A DNA stretch of 64,000 bases from a virus, in the IMG/VR virus record IMGVR_UViG_3300036832_001149, positions 11,535 through 75,534 of that record. The stretch is one strand, 5' to 3'. Below the pieces are notes generated by a model. That model searched no databases, was not told the DNA's origin, and saw nothing but the letters and a program-made list of their open reading frames with translations. Below are positions 53,395 through 62,900 of this stretch, piece by piece. Every line of letters begins with the position of its first letter. Position 1 is the first letter of the stretch. Made by a program: the position numbers and the translations under genes.

Positions 53395-54393
53395 ATGCCC
53401 AACCCAACCCAGAGCGATCTGCACGTCAACACCCCGTTGACGAACATCTCGATCGCCTACATCCAAGACTCGTCGAACTTCATCGCGGACAAGGTCTTCC
53501 CCAAGGTCAGCGTGAACAAGCAGTCCGATCTGTACTGGAAGTACTCGAAGTCCGACTGGCGGCGGACCGACGCCCAGCGCCGGGCTCCGTCGACCGAGAG
53601 CCCGGGTGTGGGGTGGAAGGTCACCACGGATCAGTACTTCGCCCACGTCTACGCGGTGCACAAGGACATCGACGACCAGCTTCGGTCCAACGCGGACTCG
53701 GCGTTCTCGCTGGACAAGGACGCCAGCCTGTTCGTCACCAACCAGTTGCTGCTGCGCCGCGACATCGACTGGTGCAACACCTACTTCAAGCCCGGGGTCT
53801 GGGGCACCACCCTGACCGGGGTGGCGGCGGCCCCGGCGGCCGGGCAGTTCCTGAGGTGGGACCTGGCCGGGTCCGACCCGATCCTGGACATCACCAACGC
53901 CGGGGTGGCCTTCCGCGAGCAGAACGGCTACAGCCCGAACACGCTCACCCTGGGCGCGTACGTGCTCCAGGTGCTGCGCAACCACCCGGACATCCTGGAC
54001 CGCATCAAGTACACCCAGAAGGGCATCGTCACCGAGGACCTGTTGGCGACGCTGTTCGGGGTGGACAAGGTGCTCATCGCCTACGCCTCGCTGGCCACCG
54101 GCCCGGAGATCGACGACGCGACCCTCCAGGACAACGCGGCGACCTACAAGTACATCGCCGACGGCAAGTCGGCCCTGTTGTCCTACGCCCCCTCCGCGCC
54201 CAGTCTGATGACCCCGTCGGCCGGGTACACCTTCAACTGGACCGGGTACTTCGCCGGTAACTCCCAGGGCCTGCGGATCAAGACGTTCCGGATGGAACCC
54301 ATCGCCAGCGACCGCGTCGAAGGAGAATTGACGTATGACATGCGGTTGGTCGGCAAGGACATGGGCGTCTTCTGGTCTGCTGCCATCACCTGA
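53395..54393 (+). CDS. major capsid protein
   Basis: PLTNISIAY...FIADKVFP.V.V.KQS; gene position and size. Confidence 0.9.
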   Translation: MPNPTQSDLHVNTPLTNISIAYIQDSSNFIADKVFPKVSVNKQSDLYWKYSKSDWRRTDAQRRAPSTESPGVGWKVTTDQYFAHVYAVHKDIDDQLRSNADSAFSLDKDASLFVTNQLLLRRDIDWCNTYFKPGVWGTTLTGVAAAPAAGQFLRWDLAGSDPILDITNAGVAFREQNGYSPNTLTLGAYVLQVLRNHPDILDRIKYTQKGIVTEDLLATLFGVDKVLIAYASLATGPEIDDATLQDNAATYKYIADGKSALLSYAPSAPSLMTPSAGYTFNWTGYFAGNSQGLRIKTFRMEPIASDRVEGELTYDMRLVGKDMGVFWSAAIT

Positions 54394-54416
54394 GACCCAC
54401 CGCTGGGAGGCGTGAC

Positions 54417-55310
54417 ATGGCCAACATCTACGTCGCCCGCAAGCGGCTGAAAATGGGCGACAACGTGTGGCGCGAGCCGGGCGATGAGGTCCCGGAGGCG
54501 TGCGACTGGCGCAACCTGCACTCCTACCTGTCCTCCGGGGCCCTGGTGCTGGTCCAGACCGATGTCGAGCACGAGTACGGGATGAAGCAGCGGATTCCGG
54601 TGGCACCTGGGCTGCACGACTACCGCATCCCGGTCCTGCAGCCGACCCACCGCGACCAGTTGGCCGGGTGGGGCGAGCCGGAGCCCGAGGTCCCGTACGC
54701 ACTGGACGACTGGGGAACGCCGAGCCTGATCTTCGTCTCCGGGACGGCGGGGGACGACCGGACCTACCCGATCACCGTCGGCGGCACCGGGCTGACCCAG
54801 GCCGACCACTGGGGCTACGCGATAGCCCCGGCCTATGTCGGTGAGCCCTCCTCGTTCACCCCGATCGTCCCGGATCTGATCACCGATACCGAGGGCGAGT
54901 TCTCCATCCCCGTCGCCGCCAGTATCAACGTCGGCGGCCAACAGCCCGGCATCTACATCGTCGGGTTCGATGCACAGGACACGGTTCTCGGCAGTCCGGA
55001 CTGGCCCAATTGGGGTGGTCAGACGATCCTGGACGGGATGAACGGCACCCCGGCCCCGGTCTCGGTCGACGGTGGCACCGAGGTGACGATGGGTTCGCGC
55101 CAGGGGACCAACTACAGCGGTATCACCGGTCTGAGCGTGAACGGCGTGGCGGTGGACACGTGGTCCTGGGATGACACCAACAGCGTCCTGCTCATCACCG
55201 CCCCGGCCAACCCGGCCGGGGTCTATGACCTGCTCTTCACCAACGGCGGGCCCTATGCCGGACCCCATCCGGGACCGGCGATGGTTCCTTCGGCGTTCGA
55301 CTATTCGTAG
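54417..55310 (+). CDS. head-associated protein with Ig-like domains
   Basis: N-terminal PGDEVPEA..W.NL..YL; beta-rich C-terminus. Confidence 0.65.
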   Translation: MANIYVARKRLKMGDNVWREPGDEVPEACDWRNLHSYLSSGALVLVQTDVEHEYGMKQRIPVAPGLHDYRIPVLQPTHRDQLAGWGEPEPEVPYALDDWGTPSLIFVSGTAGDDRTYPITVGGTGLTQADHWGYAIAPAYVGEPSSFTPIVPDLITDTEGEFSIPVAASINVGGQQPGIYIVGFDAQDTVLGSPDWPNWGGQTILDGMNGTPAPVSVDGGTEVTMGSRQGTNYSGITGLSVNGVAVDTWSWDDTNSVLLITAPANPAGVYDLLFTNGGPYAGPHPGPAMVPSAFDYS

Positions 55311-55377
55311 GGCGCAGCACCAATCAGGGTATGAAGTACTCAAAGAAGTCCACTGAAGTCCAATTACGGAGGACACC

Positions 55378-55893
55378 ATGACGGACACCAAGGACACCAA
55401 GGGCACCGCCGGGTCCACTCCGGCCAAGGCCGCGCCGACCTCCCCGGCCCGGGAGAGCGTCACGACCCGCTCCGGTACCGCCGCCCGCGACTCCGGCAGC
55501 GGGGTTCCGGCTGAGGACTCCTCCGTGGTCCAGGCGGTCAAGGAGGGCTCCGCGCCGAGCTATCGCGGCGACGCCCAGTTCACCGACGACGACGGCAACG
55601 TGGTGCTGGCCCCGGCCTCGCTGCCCCAGTTGACCATGCCTGAACTGCACGGGCTGTCCGACGAGGACGTGGTGGTGCCCGAGGAGGGCGACCCGGCCCT
55701 GTACGGTTTCGTCGATGTCGACGATGACAACCCCGACACCGGAGTGGTCCGGGAGACCAAGGAAGCCCGCGCCGAGGCCCGGGCCGAACGCAACCCGGGA
55801 CGCCGCGCGCAGGCCAGCCGGTCCTCGGTCAGCCAGCGGCGGCAGTCCAAGAAGGACAAGGCCGACAAGGACAAGGACGCCAAGAAGGAGTGA
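55378..55893 (+). CDS. low-complexity hypothetical protein
   Basis: GGAGG RBS. Confidence 0.7.
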   Translation: MTDTKDTKGTAGSTPAKAAPTSPARESVTTRSGTAARDSGSGVPAEDSSVVQAVKEGSAPSYRGDAQFTDDDGNVVLAPASLPQLTMPELHGLSDEDVVVPEEGDPALYGFVDVDDDNPDTGVVRETKEARAEARAERNPGRRAQASRSSVSQRRQSKKDKADKDKDAKKE

Positions 55894-55896
55894 CCA

Positions 55897-56499
55897 GTGG
55901 CCGTGGACGATGCTCCCGGCGCTGGTCTGACGCCCTCGGCGGCGGCGAGTGGACGGAGCACCGGGTCTTTCAGCTACTCCGGTGATCCCTCGACGTCCGA
56001 CGCTGACGCCGTCCGGTTCCTGATCGGGGACACCGACCCGGATTCCTACCTGCTCAACGATGCCGAGATCGTCTACCTGCTCGCGGTGGCCGAGGCCAGC
56101 GGTAACACCAACCCGATCCTGCAGGCGGCCGGGGCCGCCGCCGAGGCCATCGCCGCCGCCCTGTCCCGGGAGATCAGCTACTCGGCCGACGGGGTGTCGG
56201 TCTCCGGCGACACGCTGGCGTCCAAGTTCTACACGGTGGGCGAGAAGATCCGCACCATCGGCCTGCGCGGCGACGTGGTGGCCGGGCCCGATGTCGGCGG
56301 CATCCTGGTGGCCGAGAGCTACGACTCCACGATCCGGCCGTTGACCTTCGCGGTCGGGATGCACGACAACTACCTGGCCGGGCAGCAGGACTTCGGCGGT
56401 CAGTGGTCGCCCTACTGGTGGTACAACCCGGCGACGGTGCTGATGGCCCAGCAGAACGCGGCCCTGGTCCAGGAGGCCCGGACGACGGTGCGACGATGA
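55897..56499 (+). CDS. head-to-tail adaptor
   Basis: FSYSGDP.....DAVRFLIGDT...LL.D.EI.YLL. Confidence 0.8.
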   Translation: MAVDDAPGAGLTPSAAASGRSTGSFSYSGDPSTSDADAVRFLIGDTDPDSYLLNDAEIVYLLAVAEASGNTNPILQAAGAAAEAIAAALSREISYSADGVSVSGDTLASKFYTVGEKIRTIGLRGDVVAGPDVGGILVAESYDSTIRPLTFAVGMHDNYLAGQQDFGGQWSPYWWYNPATVLMAQQNAALVQEARTTVRR

Positions 56500-56975
56500 C
56501 CCAGCCGGTGGACAACCCGGTACCCCCGATGGTGGTCAGCCCGTACGCGCGCCGGTATGCCCGGCGGCACGCGACGGCCCACATGTACTACACCGTGACC
56601 ATCGAGCGGATGGGCGACGGTGTCTTCGACGAGTCGTCCGGGCTGATCGCGGTGCTGACCAAGTCGGTCGTCTACACCGGCCCGGCCCGGATCTGGACGG
56701 TGTCCGGCCCCCAGGTGTTCGCGGTCGGCGAGGACGCGCTGGCCTTCTCCCAGACCAACATGTCCATTCCGTGGGACGTCAGCCCGGTGCCGCACCGGGA
56801 CGACGTGGCCACCGTCACCGCCATCGCCCACGCCGGGTTCGGCGACGATGAACTCCTGGGCACCTCCTTCCGCGTCCTGGACGTGCAGATGGGTGGGCAG
56901 ATGTTCGCCACCCGGCGGATGAGCGTGCTGGCCATCGTGGAGAGCGCGGCCTGGGGACCGGACTCCATCCGATGA
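56496..56975 (+). CDS. head-to-tail stopper (DUF6093-like)
   Basis: VTIER...FD...G......VYTGPARI; synteny. Confidence 0.7.
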   Translation: MTQPVDNPVPPMVVSPYARRYARRHATAHMYYTVTIERMGDGVFDESSGLIAVLTKSVVYTGPARIWTVSGPQVFAVGEDALAFSQTNMSIPWDVSPVPHRDDVATVTAIAHAGFGDDELLGTSFRVLDVQMGGQMFATRRMSVLAIVESAAWGPDSIR

Positions 56976-57487
56976 GCCCCGTCGCCTACGCCGACCTGTC
57001 CGGCCTGGCCGAGAACTTCGCCCGCGCCTCCGGCCAGGACTTCCGCACCGCCGCGTCCGACCTGGTCAACTCCTATGCCGTCCAGACCGCGTCGCTGGCC
57101 CAGTCCTTCGCCCCGGTCAAGTCCGGGACGCTACGTGACGCGATCTCCATCCAACGGCCCGACCCACTGACCGCGATCATCGGTCCGCAGCATGTGGACT
57201 ACGCCGGTTACCAGGAGTTCGGCACCCGCACGCGCGGGGAGTTCGGCGGGGCGGCCTACACCATCCGGCCGAAGAAGCCCGGCGGCATGCTGAAGTTCAC
57301 CGTCAACGGCCGGACCGTGTACGCCCGGGTCGTGCAGCACCCGGGCATCCCGCCGCATCCCTATATGCGCCCGGCCTTCGAGCGCATCGTCACCCCGTTC
57401 GGGCAGTCGTTGGCCCAACTCGGTGCTAGTTATGTCAAGTACGGCCAGTACGCGCCTACCCCGATACCTACCCAGAGCGCGGCCTGA
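56972..57487 (+). CDS. HK97 gp10-like tail completion protein
   Basis: APVKSGTLR.AI, YAGYQEFGT, HPG.PPHPYMRPA. Confidence 0.85.
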   Translation: MSPVAYADLSGLAENFARASGQDFRTAASDLVNSYAVQTASLAQSFAPVKSGTLRDAISIQRPDPLTAIIGPQHVDYAGYQEFGTRTRGEFGGAAYTIRPKKPGGMLKFTVNGRTVYARVVQHPGIPPHPYMRPAFERIVTPFGQSLAQLGASYVKYGQYAPTPIPTQSAA

Positions 57488-57966
57488 TGCGCACCCAGAC
57501 GGTCCCGACACCGCTCTACCGCCGGTTCATGACCCAGGTCATGCTCGACCAGATGGCCACCACCGGCCAACCGGTGGGTGACGCGATCAGCCCGGTCGGC
57601 GGGGGCTGGTCGGGCCAGCCCAACGCGGACGGCTCCAACTTCACGCCCTATGTGGTGCTCACCCCGGGCCCGGCCAGTGTCTCCTCCGGCCCGTTCGGCG
57701 ACACCCAGGCCGACTGGCAACTGGGCTACACCATCACCAGTTTCGGGGTGAGCCGGGAACAGTGCGAATGGATGGCCGACTCTTCCCGGGTGGCTGCCCT
57801 GACACTGGCCCGGACAACCGTCATGCTCAACGGTGACGGCTATGCGGTGCAGCAGGTCCGGGAGCAGGTTCTCGGTCCGGTGCAGCGGGTGGACGCCACC
57901 GAGCCTCCCTACTTCGGGCAGACCGACACCCTCCAAGTCTGGATCAGCAAGGAGTTGTTCTCATGA
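57487..57966 (+). CDS. tail terminator
   Basis: PYVVL.P; synteny. Confidence 0.7.
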   Translation: MRTQTVPTPLYRRFMTQVMLDQMATTGQPVGDAISPVGGGWSGQPNADGSNFTPYVVLTPGPASVSSGPFGDTQADWQLGYTITSFGVSREQCEWMADSSRVAALTLARTTVMLNGDGYAVQQVREQVLGPVQRVDATEPPYFGQTDTLQVWISKELFS

Positions 57967-58238
57967 GCGAACCGAACCCAACCCAGTCGCTTCCCCCGCA
58001 GGAGCCGGGCCAGGACCAGCCCGAACAGGTCAGGCCACGCGACACCGAACGTGAGTTGCCCCGTCCCGGCGACGAGGGTGGGGCTACGGTCTCGGTCACC
58101 TTGATCAAGGTCCACCATCCCGGGCTCGACGCCGACGCCGAGATCAAGGTCAAGTCGCTCCCGCTGTGGGAGGAGTTCGGCTGGGTCAAGGCCACCGACG
58201 ACAAGCCGGACGAGGGAACCGTCGACTCCGATGTCTGA
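57963..58238 (+). CDS. hypothetical protein
   Basis: AAGGAG RBS. Confidence 0.65.
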   Translation: MSEPNPTQSLPPQEPGQDQPEQVRPRDTERELPRPGDEGGATVSVTLIKVHHPGLDADAEIKVKSLPLWEEFGWVKATDDKPDEGTVDSDV

Positions 58239-58542
58239 TACCTGGGTGACCCTGCGTCACACCGGCGTCGTTCCGAGCGGCAGCGTGCTCGTGCACTCCG
58301 AGGACCTGTGGGCGGCCCTGGGGTGGACCTCCACCCCGGCCACCGGAGCCACGGCCGGAAGCCCCGGCTCCTGGACCCCGGCCGGGGCTCTGCCCGCCGC
58401 CTCGGTGGCGGCCTGCACCGGCCTCACGGCCAGCCCGACCACGGCCTGGACCGCCGCCCAGTACGTGCAGACCGAGACTCCCGGGCACGCTGGTCGGGCG
58501 GTCTGGGACGGAACGGCGTGGGTTGCCTACACCGGAACGTGA
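58231..58542 (+). CDS. small tail-decoration-like protein
   Basis: ATGATAGSPGSWTPAG...TAWTAAQYV...WDGTAW. Confidence 0.65.
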   Translation: MSDTWVTLRHTGVVPSGSVLVHSEDLWAALGWTSTPATGATAGSPGSWTPAGALPAASVAACTGLTASPTTAWTAAQYVQTETPGHAGRAVWDGTAWVAYTGT

Positions 58543-58607
58543 ACGCGAAGGATGACGTGACGGGGATGGTCGAATGAACCAGAGCGCCACTGAAGAAGGA
58601 GCGAAGC

Positions 58608-59093
58608 ATGTCTAGGCTTATCCCGAATGAACGGACCTGGGTCGGCTTCGCCATTGCGGTAGCCGACCTCAACGCCCCCACCGAGGCCGAGATCGCCGCC
58701 GCCGTCGACCTGACCTGCCTGATCATCTCGCTGAATGCCAGTGCCACCGGTAACACCGTGCCGACGCCCGCGTTCTGCTCGCTGTTCGAGACCTCGGTGC
58801 CGGGTACCTCGACCGCGACCTTCACCGCCGACTTCTACCGCGATGACGACACCGGGCCGACCGGGGACGCGGCCTGGAAGGCGTTGCCGCGCGGGACCAA
58901 GGGCTACTTCATCATCAGCCGGTTCGGCGGTACGGGGGCGAACCAGATGCCGATCGCCGGGGACGACACCGAAGTGTGGCCGGTCTACATCGTGTCTCGG
59001 GCCATGACCAACATGTCCTCCAACACGGCGATGACCTTCACCACCACCGCCTCGGTGCCCGAGGTCCCGGCCGAGGACGCCGTCGTCTCCTGA
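58608..59093 (+). CDS. major tail (tube) protein
   Basis: APT.AEI.A.VDLTC; AGD..EVWPV; synteny. Confidence 0.85.
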   Translation: MSRLIPNERTWVGFAIAVADLNAPTEAEIAAAVDLTCLIISLNASATGNTVPTPAFCSLFETSVPGTSTATFTADFYRDDDTGPTGDAAWKALPRGTKGYFIISRFGGTGANQMPIAGDDTEVWPVYIVSRAMTNMSSNTAMTFTTTASVPEVPAEDAVVS

Positions 59094-59140
59094 TCCGCCC
59101 GGAGTCTTGTCTTTGACCCGGTGGATCAGATACTCACGTC

Positions 59141-59590
59141 ATGGCTGACGTGAAGATCTCCCGGACCACTACCGATGCGCTGGAAGCCAAGACCGCCCAG
59201 CGGGACCAGGCCAAGCGCGCGACCTTCGAGATGCTGGTCAAGAAGCCGCGCCTGGAACGCGAGGTCCCGGTCAAGATGGTCGGCGATGACGGGGAGACGT
59301 TCGAGGCCATGATGCTGTTCCGGGCCATCGGGGCGCGGGACTACGACCGGTTGCTGACCCGCCACCCCCCGACGACCGAGCAGCGGGCCGAGGGCACCTC
59401 CTATAACATCAACACCTTCGGCCCGGCGCTGATCTCCATGGTCTGCATCGAACCGGAGATGTCACCCGAGCAGGCGACGGAGATCTGGAACTCCTCGGAC
59501 TGGGGGCGCGGGGAGGTGATGAGCCTGTTCTCCGCTGCCGTCGAGTTGTGCAACAAGGGACTGGACATCCCTTTTACCGCAACCGGCTGA
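59141..59590 (+). CDS. tail assembly chaperone (short form)
   Basis: FRAIG..DY..L...HPP; position between tail tube and tape measure genes. Confidence 0.85.
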   Translation: MADVKISRTTTDALEAKTAQRDQAKRATFEMLVKKPRLEREVPVKMVGDDGETFEAMMLFRAIGARDYDRLLTRHPPTTEQRAEGTSYNINTFGPALISMVCIEPEMSPEQATEIWNSSDWGRGEVMSLFSAAVELCNKGLDIPFTATG

Positions 59591-59964
59591 GGTACGACGG
59601 GCTCTTCCACGCCGAACTGCACTTCTGCGACGAGCACGGGATTCCGCACTCGCAGTTCATGGAGTGGGACGCCGAGGACCGGGCCAAGGCGTTGGCCTTC
59701 ATCTTCGAGAAGGCCGATCGGTGTCAGATGTGCGGCACCTCCCCCTGGGAGTGGGAGGAGAACAAGTACGCCTACGAGCCGGTGCTGCGAACCTGCATGG
59801 GCTGTTACTACAAGGAGATCTCCCGTGAGGACCAGGACATCGGACCGGGTGTCAGGGTAATGCTGGAGAAGCCTGGGACGATGGCATCGGCTCAGCGCCA
59901 GGTGGCGGCCCAGCGGTTGTCCCGGCGCGATGCCAGCGAGGCGCGCAGAGCGAGGCAGAGATGA
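59141..59964 (+). CDS. tail assembly chaperone (long form via -1 frameshift)
   Basis: C CCT TTT at 59569-59575 joins the -1 frame, which is open to 59964. Confidence 0.8.
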
Positions 59965-62900
59965 CCCAGCCGAACACCACCGCGAACGTGGTGCTGTCGG
60001 CCAACGTCCAGCCGTATCAGCAGGCCATGCAACAGGCCGGTTCGGCCACCAACGATGTGGTGAAGACGGTCGAGCGGCTCTCGCTCACCATCGACGGCGT
60101 CTTCAAGAAGGCCGGACACCGGCTGGAGTTGTTCTCGGCCGGGAGCCTGGCCGGGATCGGCGCGGCGGTGGCCAGCCTGTCCGCGCTGGACGCCCAGTTG
60201 GACAAGGTCCGGGCCACCGCGTCCCTGGCCGGGGGGACGTCGGTGCCCAAGCTGGCCGACAACCTGCGGCAGTTGACGACCCAGGTTCCGATGTCGACCA
60301 ACCAGTTGGCCCAGTTGTCGACCACCATCCAGGGTCTGGGGGTCAAGGGTGCCGAGAACATCACCAAGCTGACCAAGACCTTCGCCCAGTTGCAGGCGGT
60401 CACCGGGGAGAGCGGTGTCGGGCTGGGCCAGGACCTGATCCAGTTGACCCGCTCGATGGGCCAGAACATCGACCCGGCCAAGATGAACCAGTACGCCTCG
60501 GCCGTAGCCAACGTGTCGGCCAATCTGGGTACCTCGGCCACCGCCGTCACCAACTTCGCCCAGGCCATCCAGCCGATGGGCAAGGCCATGGGGCTGACCG
60601 AGACCCAACTGATCGGGCTGTCCGGGGCGTTCTCCAAGGCCGGGGCGGACGGTACGGCGGCGGCCACGGCCTTCTCCCGGATCTCCCAGATCATCACCAA
60701 CGACCTGCAAACCGGCGATCCCCAGTTGAAGCAGTTCGCCGACCTGCTCGGGATGACCACCGACCAGTTCGCCACGATGGCCAAGACCGACCCGTCCAGG
60801 ATGTTCGACAGCCTCTTCTCCGCCCTGAACCAGCAGGGGCCGAAGGCCATCCAGTTCCTCCAGAGCATCGGCCTGGAGGGTGTGCGCACCGTCAACTCGA
60901 TCCAGCGGGTGTCCCAGGGCGGCGGTCTGGGGGCCGGGTTCCAGGCGGCCCAGCAGGGGGCGAACGACCCGGGCAAGCTGAGCCGGGCGGCGTCGGCCTC
61001 CTTCAACGACCTCCAGGACCAGACGGCCCGGCTCGGCCGGACGATCAAGGAGTTGACCACCGGACCCTTCGTCACGCTGGAACGCGGTCTGACCAAGATC
61101 GTCGAGGGGTTCAACGCCCTGCTCAGTGTGATGGTGAAGTTCGCTGACCTGCCCGGCATCAAGCAACTGCTCCAGTTGGCCGGGTTGCTGGCTCCGGTGG
61201 TGTCGGTCATCGCGGGTCTGGCCGGGGCCATGTTGGCCCTGCTGCCCACCCTGGCCGCGCTGGGGGTGGCCTGGCGGTTGGTCTTCAACCCCACCGGGAT
61301 CTCGCTGCTGGGCGGTTACAAGGACGCGGTGCGCGGGGTCGGTGCGGCATCGTCGGTGGCGGCCCAACAGATAGCGGCGGGCAACGCCGGGGTCATGGCC
61401 CGGGGGGCGTACCGGGCCGGGGGGATCTTCGGCGCGGGAGCGGTCCGGCTCGGGGCCGGGCAACCGGCCACCGGACCCGGGATGATGTCCCGGGTGGCCA
61501 CAGCCGGACTGACCACCGCCCAGTACGCCACCCGGACGTTCATCACCCGGCCCGCCGGGGTGGCGGTCAGTGGGATGACCGCCGGGCTGCGGGGTGGGAT
61601 GACCGGCATCCAGCAGGATGCGTTCAACCGCCGCAATGTTCCGTTGGTCGTGCCCACCCCGCCACCCGGGGCGGCCAATGCCGCGAAGGCGTCAGCAGCG
61701 GCGGCCGAAGCCGAGATCAAGGCCAAACAAGCCGCAGCGGCGGCCACGGCGGCCGAGACCAAGGCCAAGGTCACCGAGACGGAGGCCACGGCCGCCAACG
61801 CCAAGGCCAAGATCACCGACACCGAGGCCACCGCCGCCAGCACCAAGGCCAAGGTGTCCGAGACCGAGGCGAGTGCGGCGGCGTCCGTGTCACTGGGTCG
61901 GTTGGCGGCCTCGGCGGCAGCGGCCGGGGTGGGGGCGGCGGCATCCGGGGCCGGTAAGGCGGTCGGTCTGGCCGGAGCCGCAGCGGGCCGGGTCGGTGGC
62001 GCGCTCGGCGGGGCCGCGATGGGTCTGGTCGGCAGTCCGCTCGGAGCGACGCTGGTGGCCGGGATGGCCGGGTACGCCTACTACAACTGGGTCAAGGGCC
62101 AGGGCAAGATGCTCTCGCCCGAGGATTCGGCCAAGGCCGGGTCGGGCACCTTCGGCGGTGAGATCAACGACTTCCGGCAGGCGACCGGACAGGCGGCCCA
62201 GTCGCTGGACGACCTCGGCCTCGCTGCGACCAAGACGGCCCAGGCCCTGAACAAGCCGCCGCCCGTCGCCGGGACCACCCAGCCGTTCGGCCCGGAGGAG
62301 ATTGCCGCAGCGGTCGACACCTCGTTCAAGGTTGCGGGCTACAACCCGAAGGTCCAGCAGTCGACCCAGGCTCAACAGGCGATGCTGGCCGGGGTGGTCA
62401 ACAACCAACTGAAGCAGGGCGCGCTCAGCGAGGAGGCCAAGCAGCAGTACCGGGAGCAGTTGGCCCACATCATGCCCGTCGACCAGGCCACCAAGGTGTA
62501 CTCCGACATGGAGAAGGCCACCAACGGCTTCACCATCGCCACCACCAACATGAGCCAGATCTCCGAGCAGACCAAGGGCCTGACCAAGAGCTACGAACAG
62601 AACATCAGCAACGCCTTGTCCCTGCCGTTCCGGGACCCGCAGAACTCGCGCGGGTCGACCCGGTCGCTCCAGGCGGTGATGGAGAACATCGGCCAGTACG
62701 CCAACGCCAACTACGCCGCCGTCAGCAAGGGCGACCAGGGGGCGGCCCAGCAGTCCAGCGCATCCTTCCTGGCCGCCCTGGGCGGCGGTGCGCCGCCGCC
62801 GGGCAGTACCGGGTCGGTCAAGTTCTTCCAGGCCCTGGCCAAGCAGATCGGGGTCGACAAGAAGTACGGGACCGCCACCACGATGGACGAGTTCGTCCAG

